From Escherichia coli (GTDB taxonomy: Bacteria > Pseudomonadota > Gammaproteobacteria > Enterobacterales > Enterobacteriaceae): a DNA stretch of 64,000 bases. Position 1 is the stretch's first letter, and each line of letters begins with the position of its first letter. Both the position numbers and the translations under genes were made by a program. The stretch lies in NCBI RefSeq assembly GCF_003334305.1, contig NZ_QOWS01000011.1, one strand, 5' to 3'. The notes under the pieces are model-generated. The model was not told the origin of the DNA, searched no databases, and saw nothing but the letters and a program-made list of their open reading frames with translations. This document shows positions 41,946 through 51,520 of this stretch, piece after piece.

Positions 41946-44900
41946 AACGTGTTCTCCGGTTGCGTTGAGGTTGCGCAAAGCCAGCGCGTAATGTGTTGCG
42001 CACAAGCCTGAACGTGGGGGGCTTCCATCATGATTTGCCAGTGGCTGGCTTCAATCACAGCGTCGTCGGCGTTGTTTATCCAGCCCTGCCACTCGGTTTC
42101 TGCTGGCGTCCAGCGCGCGGGTCTCCCGGCGGCATACACCATGAGACAGGGGACCGGAACGCTTTCGCCCGGCGTATGCTCAGTCAGTAAACGCAGCAGA
42201 TGCGCGATGTTGTCGAGCCACGTTTCTGCCGCTTGCAGCGTCAGGTTTTGCGACACCATACCGACCGTTTTAGCGAGGCTGATAAAGTCGGCAAGCTGGC
42301 TGTCGGGCGTCTGCTGGTCGAAATGTTCGGGCAGTGCCAGAGGCGTTTGTCCTTCGGCTAACAGGCGCAGCAGGGCCGCCCGGTTTTCGCAACAGAAATC
42401 CTGTCGGCACACGGGATCGATTAACACCATCCGAACCTGCTTGCCTTTGGCGTACAGGCGCTGTGCGGCGCCCGCCGCAAGAAACGCGCCATACGACCAA
42501 CCCGCCAGCACATAAGGGCCGTGAGGCTGCTGACGACGGATGCACCCGACATACTCATCGATCATCTGGTCGAGCGTGGCAAAGCGCTGCGGCGATTTTG
42601 CTTGCAGGCCGAAAACGCGCCTGTTCAACGCGTTAGCGAGCGGCAGCCAGGCGCTGATATCGCCGTCTGAAGCGTGGAAGACAAACAGGGTTTCCTCACC
42701 GTCGCCCTGGCAAAGGGGTATCGGGTTGTCCTCTCCTGACGTAGCCGCCTGTAGATGGGCGCAGAAGTCGCTCAGCGTCGAATGGTTGAACAGATCCTGA
42801 AGGTTAGCCCTGGCAATCCCTCTCCGGTTTAGCTGCGCGACCATCCTTGTCGCCATCAGGCTGTCGCCGCCCAGTTCGAAAAAGTCGTGATGCCTTGCCA
42901 CGGGGCGAGACAGCAGCGATTGCCAGAGTTCAGCCACCTGTTTTTCCAGCGCCGAATTCCCCCCGGCAACTGGCGTGGGTTTGGCTGGCTCAGTCGGCGC
43001 ATCAGACGGGGCATGGAGCGGCGTAAATAACGCTTCTCTTTGCCGGATCTGTAAAATGGGCAGACCGGTGCCAAAGCGCTGCTGTAAATAGCGGCTCACG
43101 GCTTTTTTATCCGGGCGATTTACGCCAGGCGAACGCGCTACCAGCAGATGCTGGCGCAGCGGCGACGATTCCTGCGCGGGCCACGCCAGCTCGTTTGCAA
43201 ACCCGGCCTGAACGAGAACCTCCTGCCATGCGGAGCGGGTGAGCATCGGTTTCTCATCCCGGCGGCGGAAATCGCGGTATCCGCTTAATCCCTCAATAAA
43301 GCCCACGCTCGCCAGCTGGAATACGCTGTTTCGCTCCGTCGCTTCAACGATCAGCAAACGTCCGCCGGCTTTCAGCAACAGTTTTAATCTGCGCAACGTC
43401 TGGACGACATGGCTGGCGTCGTGGAGCACATTGACGGCAACGATCAGGTCGTAACCCGCCTCCGGGTGGGCGGTGAAATCCAGCGGCTGGTTGATGTCGA
43501 ACAAGGCATAAGACACCTGCGATTCATCATGGAAACGGGCTCTGGCGTCATTGAGGAACTGCGCGGAGACGTCCGTGAAGTGGTACGACTGCCGCGTGTT
43601 CCGCGTGGCCTTCAGCACCGGCGCGGTAGTGGCTGCGGTTCCGGCGCCAACCTCCAGAATCCGTTCTGCGCTGCACAAGGCGGCAATCTGCGCGGTATAG
43701 CGATTCAGACAGGCGCTGGCGGGGTTGTCGCGATACAGCGCGTCGGTAACGCGATGCTGCTCGTTGAACAGCAATTCCAGCGGAGAACACTGCCCGGAGA
43801 AGAGGGCGTCGTGCCGGGCGATGCAGGTTTCCAGATACTGCGCCAGCGCCTGGCTCCATTGGCTTTGCGGGCACGCTTCCTGAGGCTCAGGAATCTCGCT
43901 GAGCGGAATGCGGCAGCGCCAGCTTTCACCTTCGCGGATTAACCACTCTCTTTCCGTCAGACACTGTAGCCACTGGCGCAGCAGACGCTGGTGAGACGCT
44001 TGCGCGGACAGCGCCTGTACTACTGCGCTAAAGCGATGGGCGATCTCCGGCGTGGTAAACAGGCCGTGACGATTTAGCGTAGCCGCGATCCCCTGTAGCG
44101 CACGCGCCTCCAGCCAGCGCCAGGTCGCCTCCAGCTCATCAAGCTGCGCCTGCTCAGGCAACGGCAGCGCCAGTTGGGTAAGTTCGTGCTCATCAGGCAT
44201 CGCCGCTGATGGCGACGGATCGTCGGCCATCACGATATCCAGCGTCAACGCGCCCTGTTCGGTTATTTCCGCTCTGGCCTGCCGGATGCCGGGGTATTCG
44301 AGCGTCGCCTGCTCAATATCCCGCAGGTCGTAGTCCGCCTGCGCGTTCAGCGGCCAGCGTCGGCGGGGAATGTGCCCGGCGATGCCGCTGGCGAGAGTCT
44401 TCAGGCTTTCAGGGGCGGCGATGACGGCTTGCAGGATGGCGCAATAGTCATTAAACATCGCCTCGGCAGCGCCGGGTTCCAGCACGTTGTCCATGCAGTA
44501 CCAGCTAAACATCAACTCGCCGTCGCTCTCCATGACCTGATGATCCAGCCAGACCTGCGGCGTTTGCGTGAATACATAGCAGGGTTCGCCGAACAGATGG
44601 CTCATCGCCTGATCGATAGTCATGCCTTCCAGCGTCATCCCCAGCATACTGGTAAACACTACCGGCATCAGCGGTTGACGTTGTGATCCGCGCAGGCGGC
44701 CCAGCTCACGGATCACCTCAACACCGTTCATTTCACTGTGCGCCATGTTTTGCCAGAGGCGCTGTTGGGTCTGTTGCATCTGCTCTTGCAACGTCACCGG
44801 CGCTGAGAAGTTAAAATCAACCAGCGTGACGGAGGTAAAATCACCAATCAACTGGTTGATTTGCGGATGGATCGGCTGGCGATTGAAGAACGTCAGGTTC

Positions 44901-47900
44901 AGCGTAAATGTTGTGGTACGGCTCCAGCGCTCAAGGGTGGCGGCAAACAGCGTGAGCAGCGCGGCAGACGGTGTGACGCCTTGCTGCTGCCAGCGCTGTT
45001 TCACGGCCTGCCATTCTGTCTTGCCGATCGTCGATTTGAAGGTGGTGAAGTGTGGCGTTTCCGGGGGCGTCTCAACCACCGGCAGCTCTGGCGCTAAGGG
45101 CAGTTGCGGCAGTTTTTCCTGCCAGTAATCCCAGGCATCGTGCCATGCCGATGTCTGTCGGCGCGCCTGTTCAGCCATCACATAATCACGGAAGGTAATA
45201 GCGAGCGGCGCCAGCGTTTCACCGCGCCAGACCTGCGCCAGGTCGTCCATCATGACTTTAAAACTCTGCACATCAAACTGCAAAAGGTCGAGGTTCATAT
45301 GCAGACGGTAATGGCAATCGTCGATTTCGCTGACCACCAGCTCAAAAAGAGGCCACTGGTCGGCAGGCAAAACGCGATAGCTCAGTTCATGCCGCCGTTT
45401 TTCCAGCGCGATGCGCTGTTCTTCCGGGGAAAGCGCGCGCAGATCGTCACGCGGGATGTGATACTCCGGCGTTGTCGCCAGGATTCGCTGCTGCCCGTCG
45501 GCATCAACCACCATACGCAACATATCGTGGCGTGCGATGAGCTGGTTCCATGCTTTCTCCAGTATGGCGAGATCGAACTCATCGTGGCGTTTATCCCACT
45601 CAAACAGGACGTGACAGGCGACGCCGCCATAGCCAATGAGGTGGGTTCGCCCCAGCCAGTAGGCGTGCTGAATGGGCGTCAAAGGGAAGGGCGCATAACG
45701 CTCGTCGGCGTCGTGCCGCAACACTTCCGGCTGCGAAGCGGCAGGCGTCGCCTCTGGCTTAGAACAGATAAGCTGCGTGAGTCCATGAGGAGACAGATCC
45801 TGCCACGCCCGTTCCGCATTGATGCGTACGCCCAGGTAGTGCTGAATATCGCTACTGAGTTCAAGGAAGAGCAGCGAGTCCATGCCGAGTTGCAACAGAT
45901 CCTGGTTTGGATGCAGTGACGCCGGATCGCTCAGCCTTAGCTGAACCGCAATCCGCTTTTTCAGCCATGCCATCACCGCTGTTTCATCGCTCAGGCTGCC
46001 GTTAAAGGCGTTGTCATCAGCAGGAGGAATGACCGGCGTTGCGGCTTTTTCTGTGGCGCTGATGTTAAACAGAGCCTGTTGTAACGGGGGCATTTTGTCG
46101 GTAAAAACGCGCATCGCCAGTCGCCACGGGGCGCCGCGCATCACCGCCTGTTCCAGGTGCCAGCAGCCTTCGGCATCGCTTAACGCGCCCATACCTCGGC
46201 TGGCGAGCGTCGCCAGCATTTCCGGCGTGGCCGCCCGACCGCTTTCTCCCCATGCGCCCCAGGCGACAGAGAGCGTTTTCGGCGCATCAAGGGTGGAAAA
46301 CTGCTGGGCCAGCCCGTCCAGGTAGCCGCAGGCCAGCGCATGGGCGCTCTGACCCGGCGCGCCGAGGGTGGCGGCAGCGGAAGAGTAGAGAATAAGATAG
46401 CGTCCGTCGTGGTTGCGCAGGGTTTGCAACAGCTGGCTTGCCGCCTGCGCTTTTACCGCGAAAACGGCAGCCAGCTGGTGGTCATCAAGCTCCTGCAAGG
46501 GCGCGTCAGCCAATACGCCAGCGGCATGAATCGCTCCGGCAATGCCGCCGTTGGCCGCCAGATCGTCAAGAACCGTGGCCAGTTGCCCGGCATCGCCCAC
46601 ATCACAACGGCAGACGCGCGTCTGCCCGCCCTCCACGTCGCGTAGCCATGACTCATCCACGCGCGGCGCCAGCAGGGCGATGCGTCGCGCCCCTTTTTCT
46701 CTGAGCCAGTTCACGGCAAGGCGGCCTAATCCGCCAAACGCTCCGGTCACCAGATGCCAGCGGCTATCGCCGGTAAACACGTTTGCCGGTAATTCAGCGG
46801 CGCATCCCGTATTGGGCGACAGTGAAGGAAGCCAAAGGGTGTCACCCCGTGCGGCGAGCCAGCGCTGTGATAGTGAGACTGCACTCAACCCTTGATGCAG
46901 CGTTTCCCACGGGGTGTTTTCGGCGAGATCGATGGCGGCAAGCAACCGTTCCGGCTGTTCGTTGGCCGCGACGCGAAGCAAGGCCCATAGCGCGTGATGG
47001 GATGCAGAGAGTGCTTCATTTTCCTCGACTCGCCACGCGCGGCGAGTAACCACAATCAATCCGGCTGCGCTGGCGGTGAGCGCTGCTATCACTTTCTCCG
47101 CTAAGGCCAGCGTATCCTCGCTCTCCTCAACAATCATCAGTCGTGAAGAGGCGTGCGGATCGTGAATGATGCCGTATTGCGCCAGCTCGTCGCTGCGCGC
47201 AAGCGTACCGGCGCTGAAGCTAAAGGTAAGCGGATGGTCAATGCTGGCGACGTTGAGGGGCGTCCAGCGCCATTGATAATGCGTTTGCGGCGCAGGAAGA
47301 GGCGCGGCGGGCGATAGCGGCAGCCACTCGCCAGCAGGATGACGGGCTTCAACGCGCATCTGACCGCGGGAAAAGGCTTCGTTTTGCCAGCTTAAGCGAA
47401 CCTTCCCTAGCCACTCCGGGGCGGCGACGGGGGGCGGTTCCACAGGCAGAGCGTCGCCATGACGCTGTGAAAGCAGACGCCAGGCCTCCTGCCAACGGGC
47501 GTTAAACCGTTCGGGCTGACCTGCGCAATCAGACCAGTCGGCGAGATAATCACCGTTATCCGTCAGCGCCTGCCCCAACACGGGTTCTGATGGCGCGGTG
47601 AATGTTACGGCGCTAACCGCCTGACCGGGCAGCGTGGCGAGAATGATATGTTCGCTCATCCCGGCGGTCGGGCTGCCATCCTGCGGTAGCCACGCCACTT
47701 TGCTGAATCCGGCGTGGCGGCACTGTTGTTGCCACTGAGCGGTGGTGAGGAATAACTCACCTTCGCGGGCGTCGAGATCCTGTAGCGGAAGAACCAGCGG
47801 GCCGAAAACGAAGTCAAACAGACGCATTGGCTGGGTGATTTCGCGCATCAGCAGGCGCCCGCCCGGCTTGAGCAGGGGGCGCAGATTATCGAGCGTGCGG

Positions 47901-50900
47901 CCAATATGGCGGGTGGCGTGAATCACGTTCGCTGCCACGATAAGATCGTAAGACTGTGCCTGGAAACCCTGAGACTGCGCCTCTTTTTCGAGATCCAGCT
48001 CGCTATACTTCACAAAATCATAGTCGGCGAATTTCTGCTGGGCGCGACGGGTGAACAGCGCCGAGATATCGGTGAAATGGTACTCCAGTGCCGGAACGCC
48101 GTTGAGTTCCGGCAGCAGCCACGCGGTGGTGCCGCCGGTTCCGCCGCCAACTTCAAGAATACGCAACGGCTGGCGGGGCTGACGCGTCTGGACAATGCCG
48201 CGTAATACCCCGGCGGCGATTTGGTTGAAATAGCGGCCAAAGCTGAATTCCTGATACAGCACTTCCACGCCGTCGGAGGCGCTTTGCGGGAAGATAATCG
48301 CCACCGGTTCTTCCGCGCCGCTCATCATTTCATATAACCGATCGCCGGCACGGGCGATGGTGTCGGGAATAGCCTGAAAACCTTCACAATAACCGGCAAG
48401 TTCCGTCAGCAGTGATTCCCGCTGTTGATGTTCAATGGGGCGGGCGCGGACGTATCGCCCGTCGGTGCAGCGGTAATCGCCGTCGACCACGCAGTTATTC
48501 AGCAGGCGCTGGAGTAGCTGCTGGTAGCGGGGCAGCAGACGTCCACGGCGCATGATGGTCATGGCGTCCACGCCGTTCTCAATGGCATCGCCGGTACAGC
48601 GTTGTACCAGTTGATCGACGTAGATGGCGTGCAGTCGCGTGGCGCACTGTTTAAGCGCTTCCAGGCGAGGGAGATCGAGCGCTGTCGCGGCGCGACTCGC
48701 CACCTCCAGCCCGGCAGACAGCGCTGCGTCGGCAGGCTCGCAGGCCGGGGAGACGCGCTCTTTCCAGTAACGTTCAGTATCAAACGGATAACATGGCGCA
48801 GCGATACGTTGTCCATCGCCCGCCAGCAGGTCGGCCCACGGTAGGGCGACGCCGGCAGCGTAAAGCTGGAGCAGGGCCTGATTGAGGACATCGCTCGCCT
48901 CTTTGTTACGCCGGGCGCTGGCTATCCAGTATGCGTTATCGCGGTATTCGCGCTGCCCGCAAGCAACCAACTGGGCATCGGGCCCCATCTCCAGAAAAAC
49001 GCGGGCGCCGAGCTGATGCGCCACCTGAATACTCTGGATAAAACGCACCGGCTGGCGCATGTGTCGGCGCCAGTAATCCGCCTGGTTGAGCGTTGACTCA
49101 TCAATGACGTCGGCGGTGAGCGTGGAAATAATCGGTATTTGCCCCGGCTCCGCGTGCAGTCCCGCGCAGGCGTCCTGGAACCGATCGAGTATCGGCTCCA
49201 GTAAAGCGGAGTGCGCCGCACCGGTTACGCTCAGGCGACGATAGTTAATGTCATGCTGCGAGAGCGTGGCGCAAAATACCGCGAGACGGGCTTCCGGCCC
49301 GGAAAATACCGTATGTTGCGTACCGTTGTTGGCGGCGAGATCCAGCTCAAACTGGCGAGCCAGCGGCATCAGCGTGTCTTCGTCTGCAAATACCGCCACC
49401 ATCGCGCCGCTTGCGCACTGCTGCATTAGCGCGCCGCGCCGACAAACCAGTGGCATGACCTGTTCAATCGTATAGTGTCCGCAGACAACGGCAGCGGCAA
49501 ATTCACCGACGGAATGCCCAATGGCGAAGTCTGGCTTCAGTCCTTCAGCACGCCAGTGCGCCGCCATCGCGATTTCAAACGCGACAATCGCCGGCTGCGC
49601 CCAGGCCATATTGTCCAGCTGCGCCGAATCGGGGTTAAACATCGCTTCGCGCAGTGACGGCGTGAGCATTTCGCTACAGGCGGAAAAACAGCGATCCAGC
49701 GTGTCGGCAAACGCCGTTGAGTGCTGGTACATCGTTTGGCCCATAGTGCGCCAGTGCGAGCCCTGGCCGGTAAACAGCCACACCTGCTTGCCGCTGGCGC
49801 CGTGGCCGCTGTATACCTGCGCCCCCGATTTCTCACTAGCCCAGGTGCTGAGCGCGTCGGCGGTTTCACGGTTTAATGGCACCGCCAGGCGGAAAGGAAG
49901 ATCGAGACGGCGCGCGTGCAGGGCCGTGAAGGCCAGATCGCTGGCATCCGCATTCTTCCTCAGCGCCCCGGCATAATCCGTCGCCAGCCGCCGCAACGCG
50001 CTGTCGCTGGCGGCGCTGAGCAGCAGCGCAGTACTTTTTCTGCCGCCATCCGTATTGGGGAGGCGCGCGTTGAGCGCATCGGGCAGCGAGGCGACGATCA
50101 TATGGCAGTTGGTGCCGCCAATACCAAAGGAGGATACGCCCGCATAGCGCATTTCATCCTGCCACGCTTGCGCCGACACTGGTACGGTAAAGGGGCTCTC
50201 CTCAAGCTTCAGCGCCGGGTTGGGGGTGTGGAAATTCAATAAGGGTGGAATTTGTCCGCGACTGACGGCCAGAACGGTTTTCAGCAGTCCGGCAATGCCT
50301 GCCGCGGTATCCAGATGCCCCATATTGCTTTTCACGGAACCGAGCGCACAGCGCCTGTCCTGCGGGCGCGGCGCATAGACGTTGCGTAACGCTTCTATTT
50401 CAATCGCATCGCCCAGCGGTGTGCCGGTGCCGTGGGTTTCAATGTAACCTACCTGCCTGTCGTCGATGGCCGCCAGCATTAACGCCTCTTCGATGACCGC
50501 CTGCTGCCCGGCGACGGAAGGGGCGGTATAGCCGACCTTTCTGTTGCCGTCGTTATTGACCGCGCTGGAGAGGATCACCGAGATAATCGGATCGCCTGAC
50601 AGTAGCGCGTCTTTCAGGCGACGCAGAACCACGCAGCCGAGACCATTACCGGCCCAGGTGCCCTCAGCCGAGGCGTCAAAAGGACGACAGTGGCCATCGG
50701 GAGAGAAAATCATTCCGGGCTGGTAGCGATAGCCCGCCTGCTGGGGGAAAGAGAGCGCCACGCCGCCGGCCACCGCCATATCGGATTCGCCTGCGCGCAG
50801 GCTTTCACAGGCCAGATGCACGGCAACCAGCGAGCTGGAGCAGGCGGTCTGTACCGATAACGCCGGGCCGTGCAGGTTGAGTTTGTACGCGGCGCGGGTG

Positions 50901-51433
50901 GCAATATAGTCTTTATCATTGCCCATCAGAGATTGCAGACCTTTTACCTGCGCGACTTCTGTCACGTTCAATGCTTCGCGACCGGGGTAGGTACTCATCC
51001 GGGAAGAGGCGAAAACGCCGGTCTTATGGGGGACGGCGCCGGGGGCATAACCGGCATGTTCCAGCGCATGCCAGACCGCCTGCAAAAACAGGCGCTGCTG
51101 CGGGTCCATCGACTCCGCTTCCTGTCGCGAATAGCCAAACAGGGTGGCGTCGAAGCAGTCGGCGTTGTCTAACACCGTACCGATATTGACATAATGAGGA
51201 TCGTCAATGATGGCGGCATCCAGACCGACGGCCAGAAGCTCTTCGCGCGTAAAGCGTCGGCTGCATTCACGACCTTCCAGCAGATTTTGCCAGAACGTTT
51301 CGCCATCCGGCGATTCAGGAAAATGGCAGGCGTAGCCGATAACCGCGACAGGTTCGCAGTCCGGGTAGTGTTGAGCGATCGATGCATCAATGGAATCTGC
51401 TGTCGGCGCAGAAGAGAAGCGCAAGTTATCCAT
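41942..51433 (-). CDS. irp1: Irp1 / HMWP1, yersiniabactin PKS-NRPS
   Basis: 3163 aa; motifs seen: KS TACSSSL, AT GHSVGE, methyltransferase LEVGGGTG, KR GAFGGLG, carrier GMDSL and FFELGGDSL, thioesterase GWSYG. Confidence 0.95.
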   Translation of the reverse strand: MDNLRFSSAPTADSIDASIAQHYPDCEPVAVIGYACHFPESPDGETFWQNLLEGRECSRRFTREELLAVGLDAAIIDDPHYVNIGTVLDNADCFDATLFGYSRQEAESMDPQQRLFLQAVWHALEHAGYAPGAVPHKTGVFASSRMSTYPGREALNVTEVAQVKGLQSLMGNDKDYIATRAAYKLNLHGPALSVQTACSSSLVAVHLACESLRAGESDMAVAGGVALSFPQQAGYRYQPGMIFSPDGHCRPFDASAEGTWAGNGLGCVVLRRLKDALLSGDPIISVILSSAVNNDGNRKVGYTAPSVAGQQAVIEEALMLAAIDDRQVGYIETHGTGTPLGDAIEIEALRNVYAPRPQDRRCALGSVKSNMGHLDTAAGIAGLLKTVLAVSRGQIPPLLNFHTPNPALKLEESPFTVPVSAQAWQDEMRYAGVSSFGIGGTNCHMIVASLPDALNARLPNTDGGRKSTALLLSAASDSALRRLATDYAGALRKNADASDLAFTALHARRLDLPFRLAVPLNRETADALSTWASEKSGAQVYSGHGASGKQVWLFTGQGSHWRTMGQTMYQHSTAFADTLDRCFSACSEMLTPSLREAMFNPDSAQLDNMAWAQPAIVAFEIAMAAHWRAEGLKPDFAIGHSVGEFAAAVVCGHYTIEQVMPLVCRRGALMQQCASGAMVAVFADEDTLMPLARQFELDLAANNGTQHTVFSGPEARLAVFCATLSQHDINYRRLSVTGAAHSALLEPILDRFQDACAGLHAEPGQIPIISTLTADVIDESTLNQADYWRRHMRQPVRFIQSIQVAHQLGARVFLEMGPDAQLVACGQREYRDNAYWIASARRNKEASDVLNQALLQLYAAGVALPWADLLAGDGQRIAAPCYPFDTERYWKERVSPACEPADAALSAGLEVASRAATALDLPRLEALKQCATRLHAIYVDQLVQRCTGDAIENGVDAMTIMRRGRLLPRYQQLLQRLLNNCVVDGDYRCTDGRYVRARPIEHQQRESLLTELAGYCEGFQAIPDTIARAGDRLYEMMSGAEEPVAIIFPQSASDGVEVLYQEFSFGRYFNQIAAGVLRGIVQTRQPRQPLRILEVGGGTGGTTAWLLPELNGVPALEYHFTDISALFTRRAQQKFADYDFVKYSELDLEKEAQSQGFQAQSYDLIVAANVIHATRHIGRTLDNLRPLLKPGGRLLMREITQPMRLFDFVFGPLVLPLQDLDAREGELFLTTAQWQQQCRHAGFSKVAWLPQDGSPTAGMSEHIILATLPGQAVSAVTFTAPSEPVLGQALTDNGDYLADWSDCAGQPERFNARWQEAWRLLSQRHGDALPVEPPPVAAPEWLGKVRLSWQNEAFSRGQMRVEARHPAGEWLPLSPAAPLPAPQTHYQWRWTPLNVASIDHPLTFSFSAGTLARSDELAQYGIIHDPHASSRLMIVEESEDTLALAEKVIAALTASAAGLIVVTRRAWRVEENEALSASHHALWALLRVAANEQPERLLAAIDLAENTPWETLHQGLSAVSLSQRWLAARGDTLWLPSLSPNTGCAAELPANVFTGDSRWHLVTGAFGGLGRLAVNWLREKGARRIALLAPRVDESWLRDVEGGQTRVCRCDVGDAGQLATVLDDLAANGGIAGAIHAAGVLADAPLQELDDHQLAAVFAVKAQAASQLLQTLRNHDGRYLILYSSAAATLGAPGQSAHALACGYLDGLAQQFSTLDAPKTLSVAWGAWGESGRAATPEMLATLASRGMGALSDAEGCWHLEQAVMRGAPWRLAMRVFTDKMPPLQQALFNISATEKAATPVIPPADDNAFNGSLSDETAVMAWLKKRIAVQLRLSDPASLHPNQDLLQLGMDSLLFLELSSDIQHYLGVRINAERAWQDLSPHGLTQLICSKPEATPAASQPEVLRHDADERYAPFPLTPIQHAYWLGRTHLIGYGGVACHVLFEWDKRHDEFDLAILEKAWNQLIARHDMLRMVVDADGQQRILATTPEYHIPRDDLRALSPEEQRIALEKRRHELSYRVLPADQWPLFELVVSEIDDCHYRLHMNLDLLQFDVQSFKVMMDDLAQVWRGETLAPLAITFRDYVMAEQARRQTSAWHDAWDYWQEKLPQLPLAPELPVVETPPETPHFTTFKSTIGKTEWQAVKQRWQQQGVTPSAALLTLFAATLERWSRTTTFTLNLTFFNRQPIHPQINQLIGDFTSVTLVDFNFSAPVTLQEQMQQTQQRLWQNMAHSEMNGVEVIRELGRLRGSQRQPLMPVVFTSMLGMTLEGMTIDQAMSHLFGEPCYVFTQTPQVWLDHQVMESDGELMFSWYCMDNVLEPGAAEAMFNDYCAILQAVIAAPESLKTLASGIAGHIPRRRWPLNAQADYDLRDIEQATLEYPGIRQARAEITEQGALTLDIVMADDPSPSAAMPDEHELTQLALPLPEQAQLDELEATWRWLEARALQGIAATLNRHGLFTTPEIAHRFSAVVQALSAQASHQRLLRQWLQCLTEREWLIREGESWRCRIPLSEIPEPQEACPQSQWSQALAQYLETCIARHDALFSGQCSPLELLFNEQHRVTDALYRDNPASACLNRYTAQIAALCSAERILEVGAGTAATTAPVLKATRNTRQSYHFTDVSAQFLNDARARFHDESQVSYALFDINQPLDFTAHPEAGYDLIVAVNVLHDASHVVQTLRRLKLLLKAGGRLLIVEATERNSVFQLASVGFIEGLSGYRDFRRRDEKPMLTRSAWQEVLVQAGFANELAWPAQESSPLRQHLLVARSPGVNRPDKKAVSRYLQQRFGTGLPILQIRQREALFTPLHAPSDAPTEPAKPTPVAGGNSALEKQVAELWQSLLSRPVARHHDFFELGGDSLMATRMVAQLNRRGIARANLQDLFNHSTLSDFCAHLQAATSGEDNPIPLCQGDGEETLFVFHASDGDISAWLPLANALNRRVFGLQAKSPQRFATLDQMIDEYVGCIRRQQPHGPYVLAGWSYGAFLAAGAAQRLYAKGKQVRMVLIDPVCRQDFCCENRAALLRLLAEGQTPLALPEHFDQQTPDSQLADFISLAKTVGMVSQNLTLQAAETWLDNIAHLLRLLTEHTPGESVPVPCLMVYAAGRPARWTPAETEWQGWINNADDAVIEASHWQIMMEAPHVQACAQHITRWLCATSTQPENTL

Positions 51434-51520
51434 AATCGGTCCCGTTTCCTAAGATTCACAAAGTCAATGGAACGCCATGCGTTCGCGATGGCGTTCCGGG
51501 GAAAATCAGTTTGCTTCGCG

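Noticed and set aside
45104-45919. 271-aa plus-strand ORF (and many similar 60-180-aa ORFs between 42000 and 57400) antisense to irp1/irp2
   Set aside because: They lie wholly inside the GC-rich NRPS/PKS genes, where stop codons are rare on every frame; they are Arg/Ala/Gly-rich low-complexity translations with no RBS context
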